The notes: generated by a model not told the origin, from the sequence alone. Positions 45,583 to 56,023 are shown, numbered from the stretch's first letter. The stretch: DNA of 64,000 nt from an uncultured delta proteobacterium (GCA_963815115.1 CAWFFN010000008.1:96001-160000), one strand, 5' to 3'. A program made the numbers and translations.

Positions 45583-47805
45583 ATGCGCCGCGTCCGCGAT
45601 CGTCTGCCGGCCCTGGTCTTCCCGGCGCTGCTCGTGCTCACCGCCGGGTGGTGGGTGTTCGGCTACATGGCGAGGCGCGAGGGCATTCCCTCCTACGACA
45701 TCTACGCCTCCTCCTACCCGAACATGGTGTACGCGCTGCGCAGCCTGCGCGAGGGCTACGGCCTCCTGTGGAATCCCCTTCAGAACTGCGGACAGCCCTT
45801 CCCTCCCGCAACCGCGCTCAGCGCCTTCTACCCCCTGAACCTCGTCTTCCTCGTCGTCGACGTCGACCGCGGCGTGCTCGTCATCGCATTCCTCCACCTC
45901 GTCCTCGCCGCCCTCGGCACCTACCTGCTGTGCCGCGAGATCGGCCTCGGCCGTCCCGCGGCGTTCTGCGGCGCCATCAGCCTGGAGCTGGGGAATCACC
46001 TGTGCTGGCTCGCCGGGTGGCATCCGATCCCGATCCTCGGCGCCCTCGTCTGGCTGCCCTGGGCGCTGCGCTGGTGCGAGCGCATCCTGCGCGTTCCGAC
46101 CTGGCGGGCCGGCCTCTGGCTCGCCATCGTGCTGGCCCTCTCCTTGCTCGCGGCATTCCCGCAGAACACGACGTTCATCTACCTGCTCCTGGCGCTCCGC
46201 ATCGCCTGGGAGGCGGTGACGGTCGGGACGCGGCCCGTCATGCGCGCCTCGGGCGTGCTGGTGCTCGGCCTCCTCCTTCCCCTGGCGCTGGCCGCGGCCC
46301 AGCTGATTCCGGGTTCCGAGTTCGCCGCCCGCTCCCTGCGCAACCATCGGCTCGAGCTCACGGAGATGCGCGGCGGCAATCCCCTCTTCGACTGGACGGC
46401 GTTCCGCACGGCCCTCGCCCAGCGTGCCTACCAGTTCTGGCCCGGATCCATCGCGTTCGCCGCCCTGGCGCCGCTCGCGCTCGTCGCGCGCGCAACGCGC
46501 CGGCAGGCGGGGCTCTACGCCCTCGTGGTCGCAGCCTCCGTGGCCCTCGCCATCGACGGACCGGTGCTGCGTGCGTCCCTCCACGTTCCCCTCGGCCGGA
46601 CGTTCCGTTTCCCCGATCGCCGTCTCTGGATCGCCGCCTTCGGCGCCGCCATGCTGACGGCGCTCGGCGCGCAGGCGCTCGCCGGCGGCGCCGCCGGCTG
46701 GCGGCCTGCACGCGCGCTGCTCGTGCTCGCCGGCGCTGCCATCCTGTGGGGACTGGGAGGCACCCGTCCTCCGCCCGCCGAGCTGTGGACGGTCGCCGGC
46801 CTCGCGCTCCTCGCGGCGCTGCCGGCGATGCGGGGTGCCCGCGGCGACCGCGCGCCCGGGGCCGGCCTGGCAGCGGCCGCCGTGGTCGCCGCCTTCACGC
46901 TCTTCGCATCACGCTTCATCCTGTTCACCTACGCTGACGGCGACGCGCTCCTCGGCTCGGACGCGCCCGCGTTCGAGCTGCTGCGCAGCCGCATGACCGC
47001 CCAGGACCGTTTCTACGCCGTGGCGCCGAACGCGCGCCTGGGTCTCACCTACAAGATCGCCTCCGTGACCGGCCTGCCGTCCACTACTGACTACGAGGCC
47101 CAGACCTCGCGTCGCTTCGCCGAGCTCGAGGTGATGATGCGCCTCGGCCGGCCGATGACCACCATCAACGACTACAACCTGCGCTTCACGCAGGCGCCGC
47201 GGAACCGCCGCATCTTCGACCTGCTGGCAGCGCGCTACCTCCTGGTCGATCCGCATGGCGAGCACCTTCCCGGCCCGCTCCTCGCCTCGCTGCGCGAGGT
47301 CGGGACGGCCGGCGACGTGGTGCTCTACGAGAACCCCCAGGCCTTCCCCCGCGCCTTCTACGTCGCGACCGCGGTCACCGAGACCGAGCCCGTCCGCAGC
47401 CTCGAGATGCTCGCCACCGGCGACCTCGATCTCCACCGCACGGTGATCCTGAGCGCTCCTCCGCCACCCGGCGCCGGCGGCGGATCGCCGGGCGCCACCG
47501 GCGAGGTTCGCATCGAATCGGACCGCGCGGAACGCGTGCAGCTCGCGGTGCACGCCGACGCTCCCGGCTTCGTCGTCCTCACCGATCAGGACTATCCCGG
47601 CTGGTCGGTCACCGTGAACGGCGAGCCCGCCCCGCTCCTGCCGGCGAATCACGCCTTCCGTGCCGTGCCCGTCCCCGCCGGCGAGTCGACCGTCGTGTGG
47701 ATCTACCGGCCGTGGTCGCTCTGGATCGGCATCGGCATCTCGCTCGTCACCTTCATCGCGGTCGCCGTCGCGTTGTCGTGGCCTGCCGGCCGCCGCGCGC
47801 CGTGA
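45583..47805 (+). CDS. YfhO-family membrane protein (GT-C-like glycosyltransferase)
   Basis: LLWNPLQNCGQP, FYPLN, RFPDR, YENPQAFPRAF and YPGW...NHAFRAVPVPAG motifs. Confidence 0.85.
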   Translation: MRRVRDRLPALVFPALLVLTAGWWVFGYMARREGIPSYDIYASSYPNMVYALRSLREGYGLLWNPLQNCGQPFPPATALSAFYPLNLVFLVVDVDRGVLVIAFLHLVLAALGTYLLCREIGLGRPAAFCGAISLELGNHLCWLAGWHPIPILGALVWLPWALRWCERILRVPTWRAGLWLAIVLALSLLAAFPQNTTFIYLLLALRIAWEAVTVGTRPVMRASGVLVLGLLLPLALAAAQLIPGSEFAARSLRNHRLELTEMRGGNPLFDWTAFRTALAQRAYQFWPGSIAFAALAPLALVARATRRQAGLYALVVAASVALAIDGPVLRASLHVPLGRTFRFPDRRLWIAAFGAAMLTALGAQALAGGAAGWRPARALLVLAGAAILWGLGGTRPPPAELWTVAGLALLAALPAMRGARGDRAPGAGLAAAAVVAAFTLFASRFILFTYADGDALLGSDAPAFELLRSRMTAQDRFYAVAPNARLGLTYKIASVTGLPSTTDYEAQTSRRFAELEVMMRLGRPMTTINDYNLRFTQAPRNRRIFDLLAARYLLVDPHGEHLPGPLLASLREVGTAGDVVLYENPQAFPRAFYVATAVTETEPVRSLEMLATGDLDLHRTVILSAPPPPGAGGGSPGATGEVRIESDRAERVQLAVHADAPGFVVLTDQDYPGWSVTVNGEPAPLLPANHAFRAVPVPAGESTVVWIYRPWSLWIGIGISLVTFIAVAVALSWPAGRRAP

Positions 47806-47817
47806 AGCCCGCGTGGC

Positions 47818-48618
47818 TCACGCGCGGTCGATGCGCACCGCCGACTCGACGCGCGAGCCCAGGAAGCGCTGGCCGATGCGGACGAAGCGATCGGGCGCGT
47901 CGGTGACGAAGAAGCTGGTCGAGCCCGGACCGTTCGCTCGCACGGTCCCGTCGGCCTCGAGCCGGGCCGCGACCTCGCGCGCGGTCTCCTCCGCCGAGTC
48001 GACGAGCGTCACCGACGGCCCCATCACCTCGGTGATCAGCGCCTTCAGCAACGGATAGTGCGTGCAGCCGAGGATCAGGGTGTCGATCCCGCTGCGCGCG
48101 AGGCTCGAGAGGTAGGTCTCGGCAACGTTGCGCGCGACGGGTCCCTCGGTCCAGCCCTCCTCGGCGAGCGGGACGAAGAGCGGGCACGGGCGCGTGAAGA
48201 GCTCCAGGTGTGGGGCGTGCGCCCGGAGCGAACGCGTGTAGGCGCCGGAAGCGATCACCGCTTCGGTGCCGATGACGCCGACGCGGCCGTTCCGGGTCGC
48301 CCGGACGGCCGCCCGGGCTCCGGGTTCGACGACGCCGATCACCGGCACCGGCACGTGCGCCCGCAACGTCTCGAGCGCGGTGGCGGTGGCCGTGTTGCAG
48401 GCGATGACCAGCAGCTTCAGGTGGCGCTCGACCAGGAAGTCGGCGCTCTCCAGCGCGTAGCGCGTGACGATCTCCGGCGACCGGCTGCCGTACGGATAGC
48501 GTCCGGTGTCGCCCAGGTAGATCAGGTGCTCGTTCGGCACCGCGCCCAGCACGGCGTGGAGCACGGTGAGGCCCCCGACCCCGGAGTCGAAGATGCCGAT
48601 GGCGGCGTCGCGGTCCAT
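47818..48618 (-). CDS. murI: Glutamate racemase
   Basis: IGIFDSGVGGLTV, IACNTA and LILGCTHYP motifs. Confidence 0.96.
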   Translation of the reverse strand: MDRDAAIGIFDSGVGGLTVLHAVLGAVPNEHLIYLGDTGRYPYGSRSPEIVTRYALESADFLVERHLKLLVIACNTATATALETLRAHVPVPVIGVVEPGARAAVRATRNGRVGVIGTEAVIASGAYTRSLRAHAPHLELFTRPCPLFVPLAEEGWTEGPVARNVAETYLSSLARSGIDTLILGCTHYPLLKALITEVMGPSVTLVDSAEETAREVAARLEADGTVRANGPGSTSFFVTDAPDRFVRIGQRFLGSRVESAVRIDRA

Positions 48619-48659
48619 CGTGGCTGGCGCGCGCCCCATATGCCGGACGCCGGCAGCGC

Positions 48660-49259
48660 TCACAAGCGGCCGGACGGACGTTCGGGCGCGGCGAGCCACC
48701 CGCGCAGCGCGCGCCAGAGGTCGTCGCGTCCGGCCCCCGTCCGGGCGGAGAAGCCGACGACCGGCGTGCCGGTGCGCGCGCGCAGGGCCGCGAGCGCGGC
48801 ACCCGCCGCCGCCCGCCCGAGCTTGTCGAGCTTGGTCGCGACGACCGCCGCGGGCAGCCCGACGTGGGCGAGGAACTGGAGCAGCTGCTCCTCCTCGTCC
48901 TCGGCGCCGCGCCGGGCGTCGACCAGGAGCGCGACGCCGCGCAACGTCGGCCGCTCGCGCAGGTAGGCCTCGACCAGGGGTCCCCAGCTCCGGCGCTCGG
49001 CCTCGGGGCCGACGGCGAAGCCGTAGCCCGGGAGATCCGCGACGACGAAGCGCTCGTTGACGAGGAAGTAGTTGATCTGCCGCGTGCGACCCGGCGTCCC
49101 GCTGGTGCGCGCCAGCCCGCGGCGGCCGAGCAGCGCGTTCAGCAGCGACGATTTCCCGACGTTCGAGCGACCCGCGATCGCCACCTCGGGACCGTGCGGC
49201 GGCGGGCCGCCGCCCGGCGTGGCCGCGGCGCCGAGAAACCGGGCCGCGGTGATCTTCAC
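48660..49259 (-). CDS. engB: Ribosome biogenesis GTPase YihA/EngB
   Basis: GRSNVGKSS, PGRT, DLPGYG and TKLDK motifs. Confidence 0.95.
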   Translation of the reverse strand: MKITAARFLGAAATPGGGPPPHGPEVAIAGRSNVGKSSLLNALLGRRGLARTSGTPGRTRQINYFLVNERFVVADLPGYGFAVGPEAERRSWGPLVEAYLRERPTLRGVALLVDARRGAEDEEEQLLQFLAHVGLPAAVVATKLDKLGRAAAGAALAALRARTGTPVVGFSARTGAGRDDLWRALRGWLAAPERPSGRL

Positions 49260-49267
49260 ACGGGTGC

Positions 49268-49870
49268 TCAGCCCGCGGGCGGTGGGGCGGGTTTGTCGAT
49301 CCCGAGCGCCTTGTTCACGATGTCGACCTGCCGGATGTAGGTCTCGCGGAGCGCTCCCTTCTGCAGGGAGTCGACCAGCAGCGGCGACTTGTCCTTGCTC
49401 GTCTGCTTGAAGGTCAGGGTCGTGCCCTTGCCGTCGGGGCTCGGCGTCAGCTTGTACTCGGAGTTGATGTCCGCGAGCTTGAAGTCGACCGACTTCTGCT
49501 CGATGCGCTTCTCGCTCGGGAAGAACTGGATCTGGTTCCGGATGTTCTGCACCTTGAAGCCGGGCGGCAGGATGTCGAGCTTGAAGACCAGGTCGACGAC
49601 CTTGGTGTCGCCGTCCTTGCTGACCAGCTCCGACTTGAGGATGTTGTCGGGCGCCATCTCGTGCATCCGCTCCGGCTGGATCATGGCCTCCCACACCTTG
49701 TCCACCGGCGCGTCGATCTTGGAGGTGAAGTTCACCTTCCAGGTGTCGCCATCCTTCACGATGCTCTCGGTCGAGATCTCCTTGACCGGGCCTTCCTGGG
49801 TCCGGCTGCATCCGCCGCAGCCGGCGAAGCCGACGGCGAGGGCGAGAAGGGCGAGGGAGACACATCTCAT
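49268..49870 (-). CDS. SRPBCC/START-like exported protein, probably a lipoprotein
   Basis: FAGC lipobox-like motif; IDAPVDKVWEAM SRPBCC start. Confidence 0.7.
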   Translation of the reverse strand: MRCVSLALLALAVGFAGCGGCSRTQEGPVKEISTESIVKDGDTWKVNFTSKIDAPVDKVWEAMIQPERMHEMAPDNILKSELVSKDGDTKVVDLVFKLDILPPGFKVQNIRNQIQFFPSEKRIEQKSVDFKLADINSEYKLTPSPDGKGTTLTFKQTSKDKSPLLVDSLQKGALRETYIRQVDIVNKALGIDKPAPPPAG

Positions 49871-49926
49871 GGGGCGCTCTTAGCCGAAGCCGCCCGGGAC
49901 GCACAAGGCCCCACTCCGGGCGGCGG

Positions 49927-50616
49927 TCAGCGGCCGGTGTCGAACAGCACGCGCAACACCGAGCGCACGATGCGCAGCGTGTCGGCCCACGGCCGGTAGT
50001 GGCTCACGCGCTCCGCGATCGGCGGGTAGTGGACGCGGACGGGAACGCCGCGCACGTCGATACCGCGACGTGCGGCGCGCAGGAGCACCTCGGTCTCGAA
50101 GTCGTAGCGGCTGCCGCGGGTGTCGAGGGCGAGCGTCGCGGCGATCGGGTAGACCCGGAAGCCGGATTGCGTGTCGGGCAGCGGCCGCCCCGCGAGCCAG
50201 CGCATGAACCGGTCGGCCACCCAGTTGCCGAATCGGGCGGAGCGCTTGATGGCGAATCCCTCTTTCCGCCGCACGCCGACCACGATGGCGTCCGGCGCCG
50301 CGTCCGCCGCGGCCAGCAGCGCCGGGATCTCCTCGGGCAGGTGCTGCCCGTCGGCGTCGAGGGTCAGCGCGCGCTCGAACCCGGCCGCAGCGAGATGGCG
50401 CAAGCCGGTCACCAGCGCCGCCCCCTTCCCGTGATTGACGGGATGGCGCAGCACCTCCGCGCCCGCCGCCGCCGCTCGCGCCGCGGTGTCGTCGGCGGAG
50501 CCGTCGTCGACCACCACGACCGGCGCGAGCACGGGCAGCGTGCCGGCGACGACCGCGGCGATGCTCGTGGCGGCGTTGTAGGCCGGCACGAGCGCCGCGG
50601 TGCGGGGCGGACTCAC
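49927..50616 (-). CDS. Glycosyltransferase family 2
   Basis: VPAYN, VVDDGSAD, GKGAAL, DADGQH and DTQSGFRVYP motifs; GTGA overlap with the rSAM gene. Confidence 0.92.
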   Translation of the reverse strand: MSPPRTAALVPAYNAATSIAAVVAGTLPVLAPVVVVDDGSADDTAARAAAAGAEVLRHPVNHGKGAALVTGLRHLAAAGFERALTLDADGQHLPEEIPALLAAADAAPDAIVVGVRRKEGFAIKRSARFGNWVADRFMRWLAGRPLPDTQSGFRVYPIAATLALDTRGSRYDFETEVLLRAARRGIDVRGVPVRVHYPPIAERVSHYRPWADTLRIVRSVLRVLFDTGR

Positions 50617-52064
50617 GCCCGCGCGGGCGCGGGCGACGTCGCGAGCCAGTCGCGCACGCCCACGCGGACATAGGTTGCCACGCGGCGCGCGAAGCGCGGC
50701 TCGCCGAGCAGCGTGCGCGCGAGCCCCCAGAGCACGTCGCGCCGCGAGTAGAAGGTCCGGTAGGCGCGCCGGAACCAGCGCTCGAGCGTCTCCGGGGTGA
50801 GGCCGTGCGGCACGAACACCCAGTGCATGCCGTTCATGCGTTCCCAGTCCTCGTCGAAGGTGCCCTGGCTGCGGATCGCGGCGTAGGACGGCGTGCCGGG
50901 AAACGGCGTGAACTTCGTGATCTGCACCAGGTCGAGCGGCGCGTGGCGCAGGAAGGCCACCGTCTCGCGCAGGCTGTCCTCGTCCTCGGTGGGATGCGCC
51001 ATCATCAGGAGACCCTTCGCCCGGATGCCGGCGGCGCGGGTCAGGCGAAGGGTCTCCAGGAGCCGCGGCAGCTTCACCTCGCGCTTCACCACGTCGAGCA
51101 CGCGCTGCGAGCCCGACTCGATGCCGTAGGCGATCTGCCAGCAGCCGGCGCGCTGCATGAGACGGAGCGTGTCGAGGTCGAGCAGGTTGGGATGGCTGTT
51201 GCAGCTCCAGGTGAAGCGGAAGCCCTCGCCGAGGAAGCGCTCGCACAGCTCGACGACTCGCGGGCGGCTCACCGTGAAGAGGTCGTCGTAGAAGAGCACG
51301 TGGCGCACCCCGAGGGCCGACAGCCGGCGGCACAGGGCGACGACGTAGTCCACGCCGTGGAACCGCCCGCGCCGGCCGCTGGTGGAGCGGTCGCAGAACG
51401 TGCAGGAGAACGGACAGCCACGCGACGTCACGATACTCGCGACCGGCGTGTGGCGGTAGTTGAACACGTTCGGCTGGAAGCGCACCGGGAACTCCGGGAG
51501 CACATCCCAGGCCGGCGGCGGCAGGCGGTCGAGCGCCTCGCCGTCGAGATAGGGGGCGCGAGCGGTGGCGCGCACGCCGTCAGCGGCGCGCCGGACGAGG
51601 CCGGCGACGCCGCCGGGGTCGTCACCACGCGCGAGCCGCTCGATCAGCTCGGGGTACGAGCGCTCGCCCTCCCCGACGATCCCGTAGTCGAACGCGGGAA
51701 AGGCGTTCAGGGTGCGCTCGGGAATCGCGCTCACGTGCGGACCGCCCACGGTGATCGTCGCGCGCGGCACGAGCTCCTTCACCCGGGCGGCGAGGCGCCC
51801 GGCGTTGGTGACGGAGATGGTCGTGGCGCTGATGCCGACGTGGTCGGGATCGCCGGCCGCGACCGCCCGGGCGACCTCCTCGAGCGGCGTCCCCGTCCGC
51901 TTGCCATCCACCATGTGGACGCGATGGCCAGCGGCACGTATCACCGCCGCGAGGGTGAGGGTGCCGATGCCCGGCATGTCCTCCTCGCCCTCCCGGATCC
52001 GATCCATCCGCCGGTCCCAGCACACGTAGGGTGGCTCGACCAGGACGACGGTCTGCGGGCGCAC
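50613..52064 (-). CDS. B12-binding radical SAM protein
   Basis: VGGPHVS, GEGE, TSRGCPFSCTFC and GIESGS motifs. Confidence 0.92.
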   Translation of the reverse strand: MRPQTVVLVEPPYVCWDRRMDRIREGEEDMPGIGTLTLAAVIRAAGHRVHMVDGKRTGTPLEEVARAVAAGDPDHVGISATTISVTNAGRLAARVKELVPRATITVGGPHVSAIPERTLNAFPAFDYGIVGEGERSYPELIERLARGDDPGGVAGLVRRAADGVRATARAPYLDGEALDRLPPPAWDVLPEFPVRFQPNVFNYRHTPVASIVTSRGCPFSCTFCDRSTSGRRGRFHGVDYVVALCRRLSALGVRHVLFYDDLFTVSRPRVVELCERFLGEGFRFTWSCNSHPNLLDLDTLRLMQRAGCWQIAYGIESGSQRVLDVVKREVKLPRLLETLRLTRAAGIRAKGLLMMAHPTEDEDSLRETVAFLRHAPLDLVQITKFTPFPGTPSYAAIRSQGTFDEDWERMNGMHWVFVPHGLTPETLERWFRRAYRTFYSRRDVLWGLARTLLGEPRFARRVATYVRVGVRDWLATSPAPARA

Positions 52065-52134
52065 GGGCAGCCTATAGCGAAAGTCGGTCCGCGCGACCAC
52101 CCGCGAGTGCGCGCCGGCGGGCGAGCGGCGCGGA

Positions 52135-53661
52135 TCAGATCGCGAGCGCGTCCAGGGCGGTGGCGAGGCGCTCGACGTCGTCACCGAGCGGGCGATCCTC
52201 GACGAGCGGCGGCACGATGCCGCGCACCGCGGCGTATGCCGCGCGGGTGCCGGCGCCGAGGCCGTCCTTGCCACGCAGATCCACCGCCTCGGCCGCGGCC
52301 AGGAGCTCGATCGCCACCACCCGGCGTGCGTTCTCGAGCAGGAGCCGCGCCTGTCGCACCGCCACCGTCCCCATGCCGACCACGTCCTGGTTGTTGGCAT
52401 TGGTCGGCACCGAGCCGAGCGAGGCCGGGTGGGCCAGCACCGCGTTCTCCGCCACGGTCGCGCTGGCGCAGTACTGCAACCCCATGAGGCCGCTGCGCAG
52501 CCCGGCGGAATCGCGGATCAGGAACGGCGGCAGGCCGTCGTTGGTGGCCGGGTCGAGCAGGCGTGCCAGCCGGCGTTCCGAGAACAGCGCCACCTCCGCC
52601 AGCGCGACCTTGAGGTGGTCCGCCGCCAGGGCCAGCGGCTGGCCGTGGAAGTTGCCGGCATGCAGCACCGTATCCTCCTCCGGGAAGAAGACCGGGTTGT
52701 CGGTGACGGCATTGATCTCGACGCTGACGACGTCACGCACGTGGGCGATGGTGGCGCGCACGGCGCCCAGCACCTGCGGCACGCAGCGCAGCGTGTATGC
52801 GTCCTGGACCGGCCGGGCGCGCGCGTCGCCGGGGACACCCCGGGCCGCGGTATCGTGCAGGCGGCGGCTGCCCGCGAGCAGCGCCCGCAGGTGGGCTGCC
52901 GACGCGAGCTGCCCCGGCTGCGGGCGGACGCGATGCACGCGCTCGTCGAAGGCCTCCGGGTTGGCGCCGAAGACCTCGATGACGAGCGCCGCCGCGGTCT
53001 CGGCCGCCGCCACGAGTCGCTCCGCACCGACCACGACGAGCGCGGCTTGCCCTGCCTCGCACGAGGTCCCGTTCATCATCGCCAGCGCCTCGCGACCGTC
53101 CAGCGCGAGGGGTGTCAGTCCCGCCTCGTCGAGCGCTGCGGCCGCCGGGAGACGGCGCCCGTCGCGCTCGACCACGCCCTCGCCCGCCACGACCCGCGCC
53201 ACATGCGCCAGCTCGACCAGATCGCCGCTGGCGCCCACCGAGCCGATCTCGGGCACCAGCGGCACGATGCCGGCGTTCAGCAGGGCGACGAGCATCTCGA
53301 CCACCGCCGGACGCACGGCCGAGCGTCCCTGCGCCAGCGTCTGCGCGCGCACGGCCATCGTCGCGCGCACGACCTCGATGGGATGGGGCGGCCCGAGGCC
53401 GGTCGCGTGGCTGCGCACCAGGTTGAGCTGGAAGCGCGCCGTGTCGGCCGGCGACACGGGTCGGTCGCACAGCGGACCACAACCGGTATTGAGACCGTAG
53501 ACCACGCGGCCGGCCGCGACCAGGCGCTCGAGCTGACGGTGCGCGCGAGCCAGCCGATCGCGGGCGGTGGCATCGAGCACCACCGGCGCGCCCGGAGCGA
53601 TGCGACCGACGGTCTCGAGCGTGAGCGGCGCGCCGCCGCCGAGCACCTCCGGGGCCCGCAC
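52135..53661 (-). CDS. MIO-dependent aromatic amino acid ammonia-lyase/mutase
   Basis: VYGLNTG, GSVGASGDL (MIO), NGT, QDAYTLRC, DNP and GNFHG motifs. Confidence 0.93.
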   Translation of the reverse strand: MRAPEVLGGGAPLTLETVGRIAPGAPVVLDATARDRLARAHRQLERLVAAGRVVYGLNTGCGPLCDRPVSPADTARFQLNLVRSHATGLGPPHPIEVVRATMAVRAQTLAQGRSAVRPAVVEMLVALLNAGIVPLVPEIGSVGASGDLVELAHVARVVAGEGVVERDGRRLPAAAALDEAGLTPLALDGREALAMMNGTSCEAGQAALVVVGAERLVAAAETAAALVIEVFGANPEAFDERVHRVRPQPGQLASAAHLRALLAGSRRLHDTAARGVPGDARARPVQDAYTLRCVPQVLGAVRATIAHVRDVVSVEINAVTDNPVFFPEEDTVLHAGNFHGQPLALAADHLKVALAEVALFSERRLARLLDPATNDGLPPFLIRDSAGLRSGLMGLQYCASATVAENAVLAHPASLGSVPTNANNQDVVGMGTVAVRQARLLLENARRVVAIELLAAAEAVDLRGKDGLGAGTRAAYAAVRGIVPPLVEDRPLGDDVERLATALDALAI

Positions 53662-53720
53662 GGAACGCGACCCTAGCCAACGGAACCGAGCGGCGCAATC
53701 CACGACGATGCGGTCGGAGT

Positions 53721-53749
53721 TTGAACCGCCACTGCCACTTTGCTAACCG
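53721..53749 (+). promoter_or_regulatory. Candidate promoter for a leaderless transcript
   Basis: TTGAAC-N17-TAACCG with an extended TG, 6 nt before the ATG at 53756. Confidence 0.4.
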
Positions 53750-53755
53750 CGTTGC

Positions 53756-54322
53756 ATGCGATGTGCCGCTCTGCTCGGTCTCGGTGTCCTCGCGGCCGGG
53801 CTCGTCACGGCCTGCGCGCCGCACGACAGGGCCGTCGCCGACCCGCGCGTCGGTCATGCGTTCTACCTGTGCTGCAACCTGCACTACGACAAGCCGGAGA
53901 TCACCGACGCCAACTACAGCCAGGGTACGCTCGTTCCGTTCGCGACCCGCGTCGAGATCGTGAAGGTGACCAGGCAGGGCGTCGTGTTCAAGCCGGCCGG
54001 GCACGCGCAGCTCACCCTGGAGTACAAGCACGGCGGCAAGGCGGTCGCCTTCGACCAGTACCTGAGCCGCCTCTTCGTCACCGACGATCCGAGACTGAAG
54101 CTGCGCAAGGTGCCGGCGCGGCAGGTGAAGCAGATGGAGAGCGGCACCGTGACCCCGGGCATGAGCAAGGACCAGGTGCTGATGACGCTCGGCTATCCGC
54201 CGGGCGATCGCACCCCGTCGCTCGAGGCGGCCACGTGGACGTACTCTGCGAGCCCGTCGCAGACGTTCACCGTCTCGTTCGACGGCGGCGGCCGCGTGAC
54301 GCAGGTCACGCGGCCGCGATGA
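53756..54322 (+). CDS. Lipoprotein with C-terminal SmpA/BamE-like domain
   Basis: Lipobox VTAC; GMSKDQVLMTLGYP...WTY. Confidence 0.75.
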   Translation: MRCAALLGLGVLAAGLVTACAPHDRAVADPRVGHAFYLCCNLHYDKPEITDANYSQGTLVPFATRVEIVKVTRQGVVFKPAGHAQLTLEYKHGGKAVAFDQYLSRLFVTDDPRLKLRKVPARQVKQMESGTVTPGMSKDQVLMTLGYPPGDRTPSLEAATWTYSASPSQTFTVSFDGGGRVTQVTRPR

Positions 54323-54534
54323 CCCGCCGCCTCGCCTTCCGGCACGGGCCTTGTTCGGCAAGCCTACCCTGAACAGCGCGGTTGTGCGGCTATCTGCCGG
54401 CGGCGTCATCCGCGCGGTCGGCGAGGGCGTCGGCGATCGCGGGCGAAGGGGTCGAGCCTCGATCGCTTACCGCGAGTCAGCGGGTCCGGTCCCACCGGGC
54501 AGACGCGTGCAGAAGCGGCTGATATGGGACCGTC

Positions 54535-55059
54535 ATGACCATACGATCGAATCGAATGGCCGCACTCCTCATCATGCTCGGGACCGCGGCTGCCGTAGGC
54601 AAGTCGGTGCCGATCCACGCCGAGGATCAGATGATCACCTTGAACCCGCAGACATTGAAGTGGATCGCGATCCCCGACATGCCCGCCTGTGCGACTGCTG
54701 CGATTCTTCGCGGCAATCCGCGCTGGGGGCCGGCATGGGTGCTCCTCAGGCTGGCGTCAGGCTGCCAGGTCCCGTGGCACTGGCACAAGGCGAACGAGAC
54801 TCTGCTGGTCATCAGCGGGCGTGGCACCGTGACGGCGAAGGACGGGCCGCCCCTCGTGTTCGTGCCGGGCGCATTCTCCTACCTGCCCAGCCAACACGTG
54901 CACCAGGCCAGCTGCTCTCGCACGTGTGTGCTCTTCAACAGCGCCGATGCTGCGTTCGACATCCACTACGTGGGGGCGAGCGGGGAGGAGATCTCCTCCG
55001 AAGAGGCACTGCGACCCGCTCCGACGCCTGCCCCGAGGCCCAGGGGGAAGAGGCGATGA
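54535..55059 (+). CDS. Secreted cupin-domain protein
   Basis: Signal peptide; PWHWH..E..VISG and PG.FSYLPSQHVH cupin motifs. Confidence 0.8.
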   Translation: MTIRSNRMAALLIMLGTAAAVGKSVPIHAEDQMITLNPQTLKWIAIPDMPACATAAILRGNPRWGPAWVLLRLASGCQVPWHWHKANETLLVISGRGTVTAKDGPPLVFVPGAFSYLPSQHVHQASCSRTCVLFNSADAAFDIHYVGASGEEISSEEALRPAPTPAPRPRGKRR

Positions 55060-55063
55060 CGGG

Positions 55064-56023
55064 TCAGCCGCCGCCTTGCTGCGTCGGGCTTTGCCGTGCC
55101 GGGCGAAGATACCGGTCGAACCACGCAAGCGTGGCCTGCCACGCGGTGGTCGCCTCCTCCGGCTGACGGAAGTTGAAGAAGCGCCCTCCGTCGGGCACCA
55201 GCAGGACCTCGGCGGTGTGGCCGGCGGCTTTCATACGCGCGGCCATGCGCTGTGATTCCTCCGGAGGGATCAGTGTCTCCTGTGCTCCATGCACGAACAG
55301 AACGGGGGCGTGGACATACTCGGCCATGGACAGGGGCGAAGCCAGGTTGAGCTTCGATTGGAAATCGTCGTCGTCAGAAGCGCGGGATTCGACCCGCAGC
55401 TGCCAGCGCGCCAGGGCGAAGAGCGCGCGCGCCGAGAGGCCGGAGCGCTTACCCGCATACCAATGTGGGAAATCGGTGATCGGGTAGTAGGCCACGATCG
55501 CTTTGACGCGATCGGGGTCGTGCGCGGCCATGAGCAAGCTGACGACCGCACCTTCCGAGAAGCCGAGCGCGCCGATGCGGTTCTGATCGACTTCCGGATA
55601 TGCCTGCATCGTATCGAGTATCAGCGTGAGGTCGCCGCTCGATTGCCAGGCGAACATGCTCCGGCGGTACTTTCCCTCGATCCGACGTTCGTAGTCAGCG
55701 GCGATCGCGACGTATCCGCGCGCCGCGAGATCCCAGACGACTCCACGCATGTCAGAGGCCGTCCGCTCTTCCTCCGGAAAAACGAGGACGGTGGGGAACG
55801 GGCCCGCGCCAGGCGGGCGCGCGCCCTCGATGTGCATCTTGAGATCATCGCGGGCGAAATCGGCCGACCAGACGGTCAGCTCGGGAGCCGCTTGGTGGGG
55901 ATGAATCAGATAGTGATTCGTCTGCGCACAACTCACGAGCAGGATCACGCCGATTCCGAGCAGGGTCGGCGCGAGACCACGGATCCTCCGCGGCGATCCC
56001 GGTGCGTCGTCTCGATGGATCAT
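55064..56023 (-). CDS. Dienelactone-hydrolase-like alpha/beta hydrolase lipoprotein
   Basis: LVSC lipobox; PPGAGPFP, RIGALGFSEG and PVLFVHG motifs; catalytic Asp/His look degenerate (GAQE, GGRFF); start uncertain. Confidence 0.75.
   Translation of the reverse strand: MIHRDDAPGSPRRIRGLAPTLLGIGVILLVSCAQTNHYLIHPHQAAPELTVWSADFARDDLKMHIEGARPPGAGPFPTVLVFPEEERTASDMRGVVWDLAARGYVAIAADYERRIEGKYRRSMFAWQSSGDLTLILDTMQAYPEVDQNRIGALGFSEGAVVSLLMAAHDPDRVKAIVAYYPITDFPHWYAGKRSGLSARALFALARWQLRVESRASDDDDFQSKLNLASPLSMAEYVHAPVLFVHGAQETLIPPEESQRMAARMKAAGHTAEVLLVPDGGRFFNFRQPEEATTAWQATLAWFDRYLRPARQSPTQQGGG

Noticed and set aside
52135-53661. Labelling the lyase as hutH
   Set aside because: No hut operon context and an NQD rather than QED motif, so the gene symbol was withheld.
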